From Planctomycetota bacterium (GTDB lineage: Bacteria > Planctomycetota > UBA8108 > SXIK01), in the NCBI GenBank assembly GCA_965223265.1, contig OZ244999.1, positions 160,001 to 224,000 of the forward strand: a stretch of DNA of 64,000 nt, read 5' to 3'. The notes under the pieces are model-generated. The model had not been told where the DNA came from and ran no database searches. It saw nothing but the letters and a program-made list of their open reading frames with translations. Position 1 is the first letter of the stretch. The number at the start of each line of letters is the position of its first letter. The translations under genes were made by a program, and so were the position numbers. This document shows, in pieces, positions 25,856 through 35,378 of this stretch.

Positions 25856-26740
25856 TCACCGTGTTTGCCAACGGCTTGGACTGATTCCCGGGGCTTCCGT
25901 ACGCATGCCTTTCGGTTTGTGCGGTTGCTCCCAGGCGACACCTGTTGTGTTGAGGCTCTTGAGGAATGGCTTGGCAACGTCCGGTGCCTTTGCGACGAGA
26001 TCGGGATCCCACTCGTCGACCGGCTGGATCGGGCCTGCCCACGATGGGCGGTAGCCGAATTGGATGAGCTCGCGCGGGTGTTCGCTCTTGTTGGGATGGC
26101 TACCGTGGAAGAGGAGCGCGGGAATGAGGACAGCAGAACCGGCGGGGACGCAGAGCGTGATCTCTTCAGGGTGCCACTGGTAGCGCGTGTAAGGGCTGGC
26201 CTCCGCGTGAAACGAGAGATGAGAGCGGGGAAGGAGTCGGAACGGGGCGCGTTCGGGAGTCAGGTCATCGAGGTAGTACAGAACGCGCAAGAGTCGTGGG
26301 CAGCTACCCTCGAATCCGAACAGATTCGATCCGTGCGGCTGGCCGTCGGTGTGCATGGAAATGCCAGGTGAGCCGGGGTGCGTGCGTTGGAAGAAGCCGC
26401 GCGTGAAGACGATGTCGGGACCCATGAGCTGCGTCAAGAAGTCGATCATTGGCGGGTAGCCGATGAGCTCGGCGACGCTTCGCCCCAACCACTGCGGTTC
26501 GGTGAGCGAGTATGTCTGCTGCGTGCTGTAGCTTTTGTGCGTCATCTCTGCGTCGGCCAGCTCGTCTTTGAGGCGGGTGACGCATTCCGAGCTGAGAATG
26601 CGCGGAAAGACGGTGTACCCCTCAACCTCGAGATGACGGATTCTCTCGCCGCGCGACATTGAGTCGAAGGCGGTGTCGTCGACGTTCATGATCGGGATTT
26701 CTTCATCGGGCGTAATCTGTGGGTGCATGTTTTTGTTCAT
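25856..26740 (-). CDS. Phytanoyl-CoA dioxygenase (PhyH) family 2OG-Fe(II) protein
   Basis: GYTVF, MHTD, YYLDD, LPRSH, AGS, FHGS..N...R. Confidence 0.85.
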   Translation of the reverse strand: MNKNMHPQITPDEEIPIMNVDDTAFDSMSRGERIRHLEVEGYTVFPRILSSECVTRLKDELADAEMTHKSYSTQQTYSLTEPQWLGRSVAELIGYPPMIDFLTQLMGPDIVFTRGFFQRTHPGSPGISMHTDGQPHGSNLFGFEGSCPRLLRVLYYLDDLTPERAPFRLLPRSHLSFHAEASPYTRYQWHPEEITLCVPAGSAVLIPALLFHGSHPNKSEHPRELIQFGYRPSWAGPIQPVDEWDPDLVAKAPDVAKPFLKSLNTTGVAWEQPHKPKGMRTEAPGISPSRWQTR

Positions 26741-27036
26741 GAGTCTGTTCCTTTGAGTCCAGTGCCCACATTGTCCTCAAGCCGCGTCGGAATTTCCATG
26801 GGTCGTCAGGCATCGGGAGTTTGAAGGTGATGTCGCTCGAGCACGAAATCGTTCAGCGGCCTTCGAATCTCGCAGATGAGGTCGCTATTGAGCGGCACCG
26901 TTCATAGTGCGCCTGATGGCGACTGGGGAACGCGATCGCCTTGCCCTCCATAGCCAGAGTCGCTATCATCGCGGCTCTTCCATGGGCAAACCGTCCGTAC
27001 TTCCATACCTTTTCACATATGGATTGAATTCAGGCG

Positions 27037-28257
27037 ATGACCACAGCAGCTCGATCGTTCGTGATGGCGACAATACTCTCTCTCGCATTCGGCTTGTTGT
27101 TGAATGCCGCACCAATGCACCGCGGTGAGCTCATCTTTCCGCTCGAGCACTGGCACAATCACGGTTCTTGCATCGTCGAGGCGCCCAATGGCGAGATCAT
27201 CGTCTGTTGGTTCCACGGTTCGGGAGAACGGTCAGCCGACGACGTCGTCATCCTTGGTGCCAAGCGCGACCCGGCGACAAGTAAGTGGACGAAGCCGTTC
27301 CTGATGGCAGACACACCTGAGTTTCCGGATACGAATTGTTGCATGATCGTCGACCCTGCAGGTCAGCTCTGGCTCTTCTGGCCGACCATCCAGGCGAACC
27401 TTTGGCAGTCGGCGCTCATGAACTACAAAGTTTCGGATGACTATCAGAAATCGGGTGCCGCGCCGGTCTGGAAGAAGCACGCGGTCTTGCACATGAAGCC
27501 CGGGACGGAGTTCCCGAAAACCGTGCGCACGAAGTTCGTTGACTATTTGAGCAAGCGCGAACTGACGCTGCGCGATATCGAGTGGGCCCATGGCGCGTTT
27601 GAGCAGGCTGATGACAAGCTGACACGGCGACTTGGCTGGTTTACCCGGGCTCGCCCTATCCTTCTTGACGACGGTCGATTGCTCGTCGGGCTCTATTCAG
27701 ACGGCTTCCACTTTTCCATGGTTGCGTACACCGATAACTGGGGTGAGTCATGGGGTTTCAGTGAGCCGATGGTGGGAACCGGCAACATCCAACCGACGTT
27801 CGCTCGCAAGAAGGACGGCACGATCGTCGCCTACATGCGCGACGCCGGGCCGCCACCAAAGCGCGTGCACGTCTCCGAGTCTAGCGATCGCGGCGAAACC
27901 TGGGGCAAGGTCTATGACCACCCCGTCTTGCCGAACCCAGGCGCTGGACTTGAGCTGATGAATCTGAGCGATGGGCGATTCCTCGTCATCTATAACGACA
28001 CCGAACGAGGACGTCATAGCCTTGCCGTTGCCATCTCTGAGGACGAGGGTAAGACGTTTCGCTGGACGCGGCACCTTGAGCTTGTCGAACCTGGGAGCGG
28101 CTCGTTTCACTACCCAGCGATCATGCAGTCCAAGGATGGGATGCTGCACGCGTCGTACAGTTACTTCGTCAGGGACCCGAACACGGGGGAGCAGCGCAAG
28201 ACCATCAAGTACGCGACGTTTAACATCGAGTGGGTGGAGGCAGGGGACGGGCGCTAG
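27037..28257 (+). CDS. Secreted sialidase-family (BNR/Asp-box) protein
   Basis: Signal peptide; HGSCIVE, WFHGSGE, Asp-boxes SSDRGETW and SEDEGKTF, FHYP. Confidence 0.87.
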   Translation: MTTAARSFVMATILSLAFGLLLNAAPMHRGELIFPLEHWHNHGSCIVEAPNGEIIVCWFHGSGERSADDVVILGAKRDPATSKWTKPFLMADTPEFPDTNCCMIVDPAGQLWLFWPTIQANLWQSALMNYKVSDDYQKSGAAPVWKKHAVLHMKPGTEFPKTVRTKFVDYLSKRELTLRDIEWAHGAFEQADDKLTRRLGWFTRARPILLDDGRLLVGLYSDGFHFSMVAYTDNWGESWGFSEPMVGTGNIQPTFARKKDGTIVAYMRDAGPPPKRVHVSESSDRGETWGKVYDHPVLPNPGAGLELMNLSDGRFLVIYNDTERGRHSLAVAISEDEGKTFRWTRHLELVEPGSGSFHYPAIMQSKDGMLHASYSYFVRDPNTGEQRKTIKYATFNIEWVEAGDGR

Positions 28258-28323
28258 AGGTCGAGACCAAGCTCTTGACCGTCGATTCGAGAAGGTCTCT
28301 GCGGTGATGTTTGGGGAACACAC

Positions 28324-29490
28324 ATGAGCCGTTTCTACGGATGGGCTGCGTGCGGCGCTTTCTCGTGGCTTGCCTGGATTCTTGTGACGTCGATCCCATG
28401 TCACTCGGAGGACGAATCGGCGGCGGTCGAACGTGCTCTGCAGAAATCCTACGAACCGATCGATCTCTCACTCTTTCGCGACAGCATTCATCACTGGCAG
28501 ATGAAAGACGGTCGCGACCGAAATGACCCGCGATATCGACCGGAACAAGTCGTCCACATCGCCGAGAACCTGCTCAAGTTTCAAAACGAGGATGGCGGTT
28601 GGCCGACCAATCTCGATTGGCTGGCGATCATCGATGTCGCGGAGGTTGCCAAGATTCGAAAGAAGGGCTTGAAGCGTAGTTCTTTCGACAACCGGAACAC
28701 GTATCCTCAAATCGATTACTTGGCCAAAGTCTACGGCTGCACCGAGCTGCCGCGATACAGAGACGCAGCTCTGCGCGGATTCGAGTATATCCTTCGAGAG
28801 CAGCGCCCGTCAGGAGGATGGCGTGGCAATGACGTCGACGCGATCACTTTCAACGACGACGTGATGGTGGGCATCATGCGACTGCTTCTGAAAATTCGTG
28901 AAGGAGACGCGCACTTCGATTGGCTCGACACAGCTCTGAGGCGCCGCTTGGAGGAGTCGCTGAGTCGTGCGATCGCCGTGACGCTTCAGTGTCAGATCGA
29001 GGTTGACAAGGTCAAGACAGCTTGGTGCCAGCAGCATGATCACGCGACGCTCCAGCCTGTTCGTGCCCGGTCCTACGAACTTCCCTCGATCACCGCGCAG
29101 GAGAGCGTCGGCGTCGTCAAGTTTCTCATGGATCTGCCAGCTCCCTCTGAAGAGGTTGTCGCGGCTGTCAACAGCGCCGTCGCGTGGTTCGAAGTCTCAG
29201 CGATCAAAGGGCTCAGAGTCAAAACTGTCCCCATCGATCCGGTTCGATTCGATGGGTTCACGGCGAAGAAAGACCGCATCGAGGTGATTGACGAACGGGC
29301 ACCGCCGATTTGGGCGCGTTTCTATGAGATCGGGACAAACCGTCCATTCTTTTGCAATCGGGACGGCACCAAGGTTTATCGCTTGGCCGATGTCCACCTC
29401 GAGAGGCGTGCCGGGTATGGCTGGTACGGGCATTGGCCAGCAGAGGTGATCGGCGATGCTCATTCTTCTTGGAAACAGCGTCTTCGTTGA
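28324..29490 (+). CDS. pelA: Pectate lyase, PL10 (PelA/Pel-15E type)
   Basis: SFDN, ITFNDD, WCQQHD, ARSYELPS, WARFYEI, FFCNRDG, ERRAGYGWY. Confidence 0.88.
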   Translation: MSRFYGWAACGAFSWLAWILVTSIPCHSEDESAAVERALQKSYEPIDLSLFRDSIHHWQMKDGRDRNDPRYRPEQVVHIAENLLKFQNEDGGWPTNLDWLAIIDVAEVAKIRKKGLKRSSFDNRNTYPQIDYLAKVYGCTELPRYRDAALRGFEYILREQRPSGGWRGNDVDAITFNDDVMVGIMRLLLKIREGDAHFDWLDTALRRRLEESLSRAIAVTLQCQIEVDKVKTAWCQQHDHATLQPVRARSYELPSITAQESVGVVKFLMDLPAPSEEVVAAVNSAVAWFEVSAIKGLRVKTVPIDPVRFDGFTAKKDRIEVIDERAPPIWARFYEIGTNRPFFCNRDGTKVYRLADVHLERRAGYGWYGHWPAEVIGDAHSSWKQRLR

Positions 29491-29771
29491 CTCTCTCAAG
29501 TTTCGTAGCGCATTACGACGAAGCTCTTGGCAACTCTGTCTTGAGAGGCCACGCACTCAGCGCGGACGCGTAGTGTACTGCTTGAAGGCGGCGGCATCGA
29601 AGACCGTATCGCCGCCGGTGTACCAGATCACCAGCTTCGGAAAGAACTCAAGAAGATAAACCAGCAGTTCGAGAGCGATCGATTCACACGGGGCGCCTCG
29701 CTTGAAGGATAGCCCGACCAGAGGGTACGAGCGCCTTCCGGTAGGAGTCCGGGGCGCTGCAAGCCGGCGCT

Positions 29772-30095
29772 CTAATCGTCGCGACAGGCGGTGGCAACCG
29801 CGTCGCGCACCGACTCGTATTCGAAAGGATCGTCGGCTCGAAAGCGGAGGAATCGATTTGCGTGTGCGGTAACAGCTACGGATTCGACGTCGCACCAAAG
29901 GTCCCAGGACGGATTTCCTCCGGCCCCGTGTCGATCGATGACTTTCTCGAATCGATCAACGGCGTTGAAGAAGCCCTCTACGTCATCGATTGGCACGTAC
30001 GGGTCTGGCTCGTCGCCTAACCAATCGAAAAGCATCGCCGGAAACGTCGCGGAGTCCGGATGGTTCAACTGCAAGATTTCGATGTGGCCGCCCAT
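29772..30095 (-). CDS. Hypothetical protein, possibly frameshifted and continuing to 29557
   Basis: 107-aa acidic ORF; a protein-like tail continues in another frame. Confidence 0.5.
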   Translation of the reverse strand: MGGHIEILQLNHPDSATFPAMLFDWLGDEPDPYVPIDDVEGFFNAVDRFEKVIDRHGAGGNPSWDLWCDVESVAVTAHANRFLRFRADDPFEYESVRDAVATACRDD

Positions 30096-30221
30096 GGGTC
30101 CGATTCTAACACAGGGTTCTATCGAGGTGGCGCATGCACGAATAAGAACTGCTGACTTCCGCTGAGAACGCGTCGCTGAAAGCTAACGTCAGTCTACCCG
30201 CGTAAGAATACAGACAAAAGC

Positions 30222-31367
30222 TCACGTTCCCTTGTACGTCAACAGTGGTCGAAGCCTCCGCACAGCACGCGTGAGCTCGCGCTGAGCGCGCATCACTTTC
30301 TCGATGTCCTTGTAACTGGCTGGCGCTTCCTCCCGCAGCGCCTTCCCGATTCGGTGGTCGAACCAAACACCGCGCATTTGACGTTCTAGATCCGTCGCGC
30401 CGATGGTTCGTCGTGCGTCTGAGCGGCTTAGCTGTCGTCCAGCGCCATGCGAACTCGAAGCGAGGGCTTCGGGACAGCCGCGCCCCTGAACGTGAAAGCT
30501 TGTCGTCCCCATTGATCCCGGAATGATGCCGATCTCGCCTGCTTGAGCGGAGAGCGCTCCCTTTCTGTGCACCCAAAGGTCAGAACCGAAGTGGCGTTCT
30601 CGCTGAACGTGATTGTGATCGCAAGCGATGCGCGACGAAGGGTTGGCGCTCGCTCCGAATAGCTCTCGAACGAGGAGGGTCGCGGCTTCGAGCATACGCT
30701 CACGGTTCGCTGCAGCGTATGCTCGCGCCCACTCGACGTCCCCAAGGTACGCCTGACCCTCGGTTCCCTGCGCATCGAGATGTCGTAGACCGACGGAGTC
30801 CTGCGTTGCGTATTCGAGATGATGCCCGGTGATCGCCTGCCCTACGGCGCGCGAGCCACTGTGGACCATGACCCACAGAGCGTCTTGTTCGTCTGCTTGG
30901 AACTCGAGGAAGTGGTTTCCGCGTCCCAGAGTGCCGAACTGTACGCGCCCGTCGCGATGCTTGAGTCGTTCGAGCCTCTTGTGACTCAGCGGAGCTTCAA
31001 CGAGTGCGGCTGGCAGGCACGCCGGTGCGGTCGAGCCTGAATGTCGACGAGCCGGGACAAGGACGCGGAGGGCATGAAGGATCTGTGCCGCCATGCGTTC
31101 GTTTCGGATGACGTCAGCGCTGCAATTGAACTCGAGAGCGGCCATGCCACAGCCGATGTCGCCCCCGACGGCGTGTGGCAGGAGCCTCGATGAAGTGGCA
31201 ACGACGGCGCCTACGCACACCTCTTCGCACAAGTGCACGTCGGGCATGACTGCAACGCGCTCAACGATCTCAGAGCGCGCGAGTCGATTCAGCGCGCCGA
31301 CGACATCATCGGTTAACGGGGCTGGGAGCCAGGAGTGCAACTTGCGACCGGAGAGTAGACGCGTCAT
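30222..31367 (-). CDS. rtcB: RtcB family RNA ligase (3'-phosphate/5'-OH)
   Basis: MPDVH, GGDIGCG, GTLGRGNHFLE, HSGSR, HNH, HRKGA, PGSMG, SHGAGR (guanylated His), EEAP..YKDI, YKG. Confidence 0.95.
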   Translation of the reverse strand: MTRLLSGRKLHSWLPAPLTDDVVGALNRLARSEIVERVAVMPDVHLCEEVCVGAVVATSSRLLPHAVGGDIGCGMAALEFNCSADVIRNERMAAQILHALRVLVPARRHSGSTAPACLPAALVEAPLSHKRLERLKHRDGRVQFGTLGRGNHFLEFQADEQDALWVMVHSGSRAVGQAITGHHLEYATQDSVGLRHLDAQGTEGQAYLGDVEWARAYAAANRERMLEAATLLVRELFGASANPSSRIACDHNHVQRERHFGSDLWVHRKGALSAQAGEIGIIPGSMGTTSFHVQGRGCPEALASSSHGAGRQLSRSDARRTIGATDLERQMRGVWFDHRIGKALREEAPASYKDIEKVMRAQRELTRAVRRLRPLLTYKGT

Positions 31368-31783
31368 GGTTTCACCTCCGCTGCGGCGCAGTACTCGAAG
31401 CAGAGAAGGGGTGCGCGCTTTCTGTGAATAGCGTTCGCTACTTCGGCACGTAGGCGCACTGAAATCGATTCGAGGACGCTGAGGACGTCACGCGATGCAA
31501 GTGAGGCAGACGGCGAAGCCGGACAGACGACGACTTTCAATCGCGACGCATCCGGCGCAGGTTCGACGCCGGCGACCTGCAGGTCGCGGAGGAGCGACTC
31601 GCGGGTTTCGGCAGCGAGGGCTAAGCCGATCGCGATTGCGGCCTGTTTGCAGAGCTGCTGTGTCTTTCGATTGTCCTTGCGATGGTATTCGTTGTGAAGA
31701 ATCTTGCGCGGATCGACCCCGTCGTCAGGGCCAACCTGGGCGCACAATGCTGCGAGTTCCTGTAGGGAGCGCTTTCTATGCAT
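31364..31783 (-). CDS. Ribosome-binding factor A (RbfA)-like paralog
   Basis: RbfA pattern LLRDLQVAGVEPAPDASRLKVVV...LRAEVANAIHRKRAPLLCF with an extra N-terminal LC...DDGVDPR segment; ATGA overlap with rtcB. Confidence 0.8.
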   Translation of the reverse strand: MHRKRSLQELAALCAQVGPDDGVDPRKILHNEYHRKDNRKTQQLCKQAAIAIGLALAAETRESLLRDLQVAGVEPAPDASRLKVVVCPASPSASLASRDVLSVLESISVRLRAEVANAIHRKRAPLLCFEYCAAAEVKP

Positions 31784-31787
31784 ACAT

Positions 31788-31965
31788 TCCTCTCACGTCG
31801 GCGAGTTGTCTTCAGACAGCTCGCCCGAGTTTTTTCGACAGCTCCCGTATCGACGGTGACACGTGGAGCATGGGCGTGAGAGCCTGCCCGAACACTCGGG
31901 AGATTCTCCGGAGAGGATACAGTGCAATCTCGTCTCGAAGCTGCGGGCGCAGGCTACGGCGAGAC
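31788..31965 (-). promoter_or_regulatory. Putative translational attenuator (anti-SD segments and hairpins)
   Basis: In the mRNA, CUCUCACG (31875-31882) and UCCUCUC (31911-31917) are each complementary to the RBS region CGUGAGAGGA (31788-31797). Hairpin GGCGAGCUGUC-UGAA-GACAACUCGCC at 31800-31825. Confidence 0.55.
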
Positions 31966-32040
31966 GGCAGTCCCTGGACCCGTCCGGGCCAGGCTCGACG
32001 TTGCGGAGTACAGCACGGTGATGATCACAGTGGCTTGCAT
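31954..32040 (-). CDS. Putative leader peptide MQATVIITVLYSATSSLARTGPGTAVSP (28 aa)
   Basis: Perfect AAGGAGG (32047-32053) 6 nt before the ATG; ends CCG TAG; shorter than anything in the supplied ORF track. Confidence 0.65.
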   Translation of the reverse strand: MQATVIITVLYSATSSLARTGPGTAVSP

Positions 32041-32113
32041 AGTCGGCCTCCTTCCGGACGTTTTCGGCGATCAGGTGGATGAGGTGCTAACGCCACCTCT
32101 CAACTCTGCTGCA

Positions 32114-32143
32114 AGTGAACCATCAAGTGCATGCCCGTGTCAA
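32114..32143 (-). promoter_or_regulatory. Possible sigma70-type promoter for the leader-rbfA-like-rtcB unit
   Basis: TTGACA-N18-TTCACT with TG extension. Confidence 0.35.
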
Positions 32144-32197
32144 GCCAAGCAGGCGCAGCTCAGCGTTGACGAGAACGGCGGCAACCCGATGCCCGTC

Positions 32198-35122
32198 TCA
32201 GATTTCACTCCCCTGCATCAGAAACGCGAACAAGTCACGCAGCTCCTGGCGTGTGAGAACGTTGAGGAGTCCCTGCGGCATGAGAGACTCGGGCGATTCA
32301 GCGTGGAGGAGAATCTGATCGTTTTGGACGACGAACTCCTGACCATCGCTGCCCAGATACGCTTCGGAGCTACCACCCTTCCGCCTTGGTAGTCCGATCT
32401 GCTGTTTGCCGTCACGAGTGACGATAAGCCATGGAGTGTACTGTGGTGCCATCGTGAGGCTCGGCTGAAGGATCGTCTCGAGCAGCCAACGCAGACCGCC
32501 TGCCCGCTCAGCCATGAGGCGCCTTGAGATCTGAGACAGGTCAGGCCCGACCGCCGTTCCTCGCCCGTTGACCATGTGGCACCGTGAACACATGCCGATC
32601 CGTCTGGCGAAAAAAACGCGTTCGCCGGCGGCTGGATCCCCGCTGCCCTCTTCGATCAGTTCCTCCCAGGCTGCGAGATCCTCGGCCGGAGGCCGCGCTC
32701 CCGGCGAACCGTCGAGGAGGCGACGAACCGCTTCACCCGTCATCGCGTCTCGGCTAGCGAGTGAGGTCAAGGAGCGGCGATGGCTCTCCGACAGGTCCAC
32801 TCCGAAGAGGCTTCTGAGGGCTTCGCCGCGGATCACCTTCGATCGATTTTGTGCCATATCCGCAAGCAAGTCTTGGTGTCTTGCGTCGCCGGCGAGACCA
32901 GCGATGGCTGCAGCTCGAACTTCGTCGCTGCGTCGTTTGTCCCGAGCGACACGCGTTAGTGTGTCGTCACGCAATGGCGTCGGAGCGGATGCCAACGTGC
33001 GGACTACTTCGAGCTGCAAGTTGTCACCCGATGATTCGGTGAGTGATTCCGTCAGTGATTCCGCGAGTAACGGGGAGATCTTGGCCGCGAGACCAGGATG
33101 AGCGGGATCGATCAGTCGAAGCGCGAGCCGCCGTATAGGAGCCGGCGCGCTGGCTTCAAGAATCTGTTCGAGAAGCATCGCCGACGAGGGCTGGTCGGTC
33201 GGTTTCTTATCGTCCAGCGAATCGATTGCCGCAGACACGGCGAGGAAGAGGTGGGCATCGAGTTGTTCGTCACGAAAGATCGCCAGCAGCTGCTGCCGAA
33301 AGTCGGCGAGCCTTTCATCGGCGATCCACTTCACGGCAGCGAAGCGTACGCGCGGATCTTGGTCAGCCGTGAGAAAGGGTCCAAGCCTTTCGCGTCGAAA
33401 CGCTGAGCGCAGCTGTGGATTCCGTTTGATCGCCAGAAGTGCAGCGACGATTTGTCTGGGGCTTCCGTCTTCGAGCCCCTGCAGTGAGTCGATCGAGAGG
33501 CGGGAAAGAGCGGTGATCGCGGCGTGAAACAAAAGCGGGTCGTGAGTCGCAATCGCATCGTCGATGACGTTACGGGGCGGCTTCTTGCTGAGGCGCATGG
33601 CCTCGGCTCTTAGCGGTACGGGGATGTTAGACCAATCGTCCCAATCGAGAACGTCGTTATCGACCTGTAGGCGCAACCCAGCCCGCAGCGCGAGCACTCG
33701 AAGCGCCAAGTTCGCATCGCCTTTGGCGGCCGCGGCATAGTCCGTTTGCTCGTCGCTGACTGCGGCCAGAGCCTGCAGCGCTGCGGCACGGGCCCGCGCG
33801 GACGGGTGCGAGCGCAGAGTCTTTCGCAGGAGCTTCCTGCCTTCCTCTGAGAGTGCCAGCGCTCTCGCTGCGCGTTCGCGGGTCTTGCGATCCGCCGTCG
33901 TCAGCGCCGCTTCGGGATTTGATGGCCGCGGGTGCACAGTTGCTGTCGGGCTCGTAGACCACGACCTGATCCTCCAAACACGGCCTTGCTTGTGGAGCTT
34001 GTAGCTGCTCGACACCCAGTCGCTGAAGTAGACGCTGCCGTCTGGCGCGATTGCAAGATCGACAGGTCGAAAGTCGCCACGAGAATGGACAAGCACCTGG
34101 CGCGTCGTGGTCGTTAGGCCGTGGTTTGCGTCTTGGCGGAGCTGATAGTTCTCGATGCGGTGGTCTGCCCAAGACGCGACGAACAGTTGGCCTCGGTACT
34201 CTTCAGGCAACTGATCCGACTCATAGGCGACGACGCTACAGGGCGCTTCGCCGGTTCCCGCCACCATGGGTAGCGTCCCCAGGATGCTCCCGGTCCACGT
34301 TACTAACGGATGCAGCCCCGTGCGGCCGTAGCGGTACTCGTAGCCGTAGTCGCCGCCGTCGACGATCTGAATCAACCGACACGGCGGCGATGAGTCGGGA
34401 TCGTTGTCGGTGCCGAACACGCGTCCGAACGCGTCGACGCAGAGCCCGAACGGGTTCCACCAGCCGGTGGACGTTCGATGCAGATTGCCACCGCCCGCAT
34501 CGATGCGATAGGTACTGCCGCCTTCTCCGCCGCCGCCGAGTTGTTTTCCGTCGGTACCAATCAACGTGTAGTCATGACCGATGTTCTCACCGAGGCCAAA
34601 GTGGAGGTTGCCTGAAAAGTCGAACGCCAAGCCGGAGAGACCGTTGTGCGGGTAGGTGCCAGTCGTGTCGAGGCGGACGATAGCGTCGACGTCGTCGGCG
34701 TGATCGTCGCCGCTCGTGTCGCGCAGCCGATGTACATCCATCCGAGTGGCGACGAACAGTGATCCGTCATCGTGTATGGCGATGTCCATGATGTGAGTGA
34801 AGCCGGCATGGAAGATCGTCCGTTTGTCTGCTCGGCCATCTTCGTCGGTGTCCTCGAGTACGAGAATTCGATCATGTTTCGGGCCGTCGTAGTCGTCAGG
34901 TGGAAAGTGCGTGTGGCTTTCCGCGACGAACACGCGACCACGAGCGTCCACGTCGAGGCCTGTTGGCGTCACGACCTGCGGGTGTTCGGCGAAGAGCTCG
35001 ACGACAAGGCGTTCGTCGGTCGCCTTGGGCTGTGGTCTTTCTTCCTCCGCCATCGATTGAGGCCCAGCAAGCACCATGACGCAGAGGCTCAAAACACACA
35101 TACAGAGCGCGCGGGTGGTCAT
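32198..35122 (-). CDS. PVC-type heme-binding CxxCH protein (beta-propeller dehydrogenase-like + HEAT repeats + cytochrome c)
   Basis: Signal peptide, LEDTDEDGRAD, NPFG, DFRPVD, GDPAAGERVF..CSRCH, VGPDLS, SLMP. Confidence 0.9.
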   Translation of the reverse strand: MTTRALCMCVLSLCVMVLAGPQSMAEEERPQPKATDERLVVELFAEHPQVVTPTGLDVDARGRVFVAESHTHFPPDDYDGPKHDRILVLEDTDEDGRADKRTIFHAGFTHIMDIAIHDDGSLFVATRMDVHRLRDTSGDDHADDVDAIVRLDTTGTYPHNGLSGLAFDFSGNLHFGLGENIGHDYTLIGTDGKQLGGGGEGGSTYRIDAGGGNLHRTSTGWWNPFGLCVDAFGRVFGTDNDPDSSPPCRLIQIVDGGDYGYEYRYGRTGLHPLVTWTGSILGTLPMVAGTGEAPCSVVAYESDQLPEEYRGQLFVASWADHRIENYQLRQDANHGLTTTTRQVLVHSRGDFRPVDLAIAPDGSVYFSDWVSSSYKLHKQGRVWRIRSWSTSPTATVHPRPSNPEAALTTADRKTRERAARALALSEEGRKLLRKTLRSHPSARARAAALQALAAVSDEQTDYAAAAKGDANLALRVLALRAGLRLQVDNDVLDWDDWSNIPVPLRAEAMRLSKKPPRNVIDDAIATHDPLLFHAAITALSRLSIDSLQGLEDGSPRQIVAALLAIKRNPQLRSAFRRERLGPFLTADQDPRVRFAAVKWIADERLADFRQQLLAIFRDEQLDAHLFLAVSAAIDSLDDKKPTDQPSSAMLLEQILEASAPAPIRRLALRLIDPAHPGLAAKISPLLAESLTESLTESSGDNLQLEVVRTLASAPTPLRDDTLTRVARDKRRSDEVRAAAIAGLAGDARHQDLLADMAQNRSKVIRGEALRSLFGVDLSESHRRSLTSLASRDAMTGEAVRRLLDGSPGARPPAEDLAAWEELIEEGSGDPAAGERVFFARRIGMCSRCHMVNGRGTAVGPDLSQISRRLMAERAGGLRWLLETILQPSLTMAPQYTPWLIVTRDGKQQIGLPRRKGGSSEAYLGSDGQEFVVQNDQILLHAESPESLMPQGLLNVLTRQELRDLFAFLMQGSEI

Positions 35123-35184
35123 GTTCTTGTTTCTCGTTGCCGTTTGTTGAGTCGAGGACGTGGCCTCATCTGTATCTGCCACTC

Positions 35185-35378
35185 TGCCTTGACAGCCCGC
35201 CTGAAAAAGTCATTCGGCCGAGGAAACTGGTCTCTTCGCGTCCAGACGGGCCGCGTCAATACTCGCATCAGAATCGAAAGAAGAGGGCCCGAAGATTGCC
35301 TGCGTTTGCCGCGGCCGACCCGGACGCGAAGAGACCAGTTTTCGGCTCGAAGCACTTCTTCAACGGGCTGTTGAGGCA
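35185..35378. mobile_element. MITE-like long inverted repeat
   Basis: Termini ACAGCCCGccTGAAaAAGT and ACTTcTTCAaCGGGCTGT; perfect internal 20-bp arms at 35224-35243 and 35322-35341. Confidence 0.65.

Noticed and set aside
32080-32100. CIRCE element (TTAGCAC half-site) upstream of the leader ORF
   Set aside because: Only one imperfect half-site; better explained as a small GAGGTG/CACCTC hairpin.
32120-32137. Sigma54 promoter as in E. coli rtcBA
   Set aside because: GG-N10 is followed by AT rather than GC, and no RtcR-like activator is present.
33030-33068. 12-bp tandem repeat
   Set aside because: In-frame coding duplication (ESLT) in a linker of the CxxCH protein.
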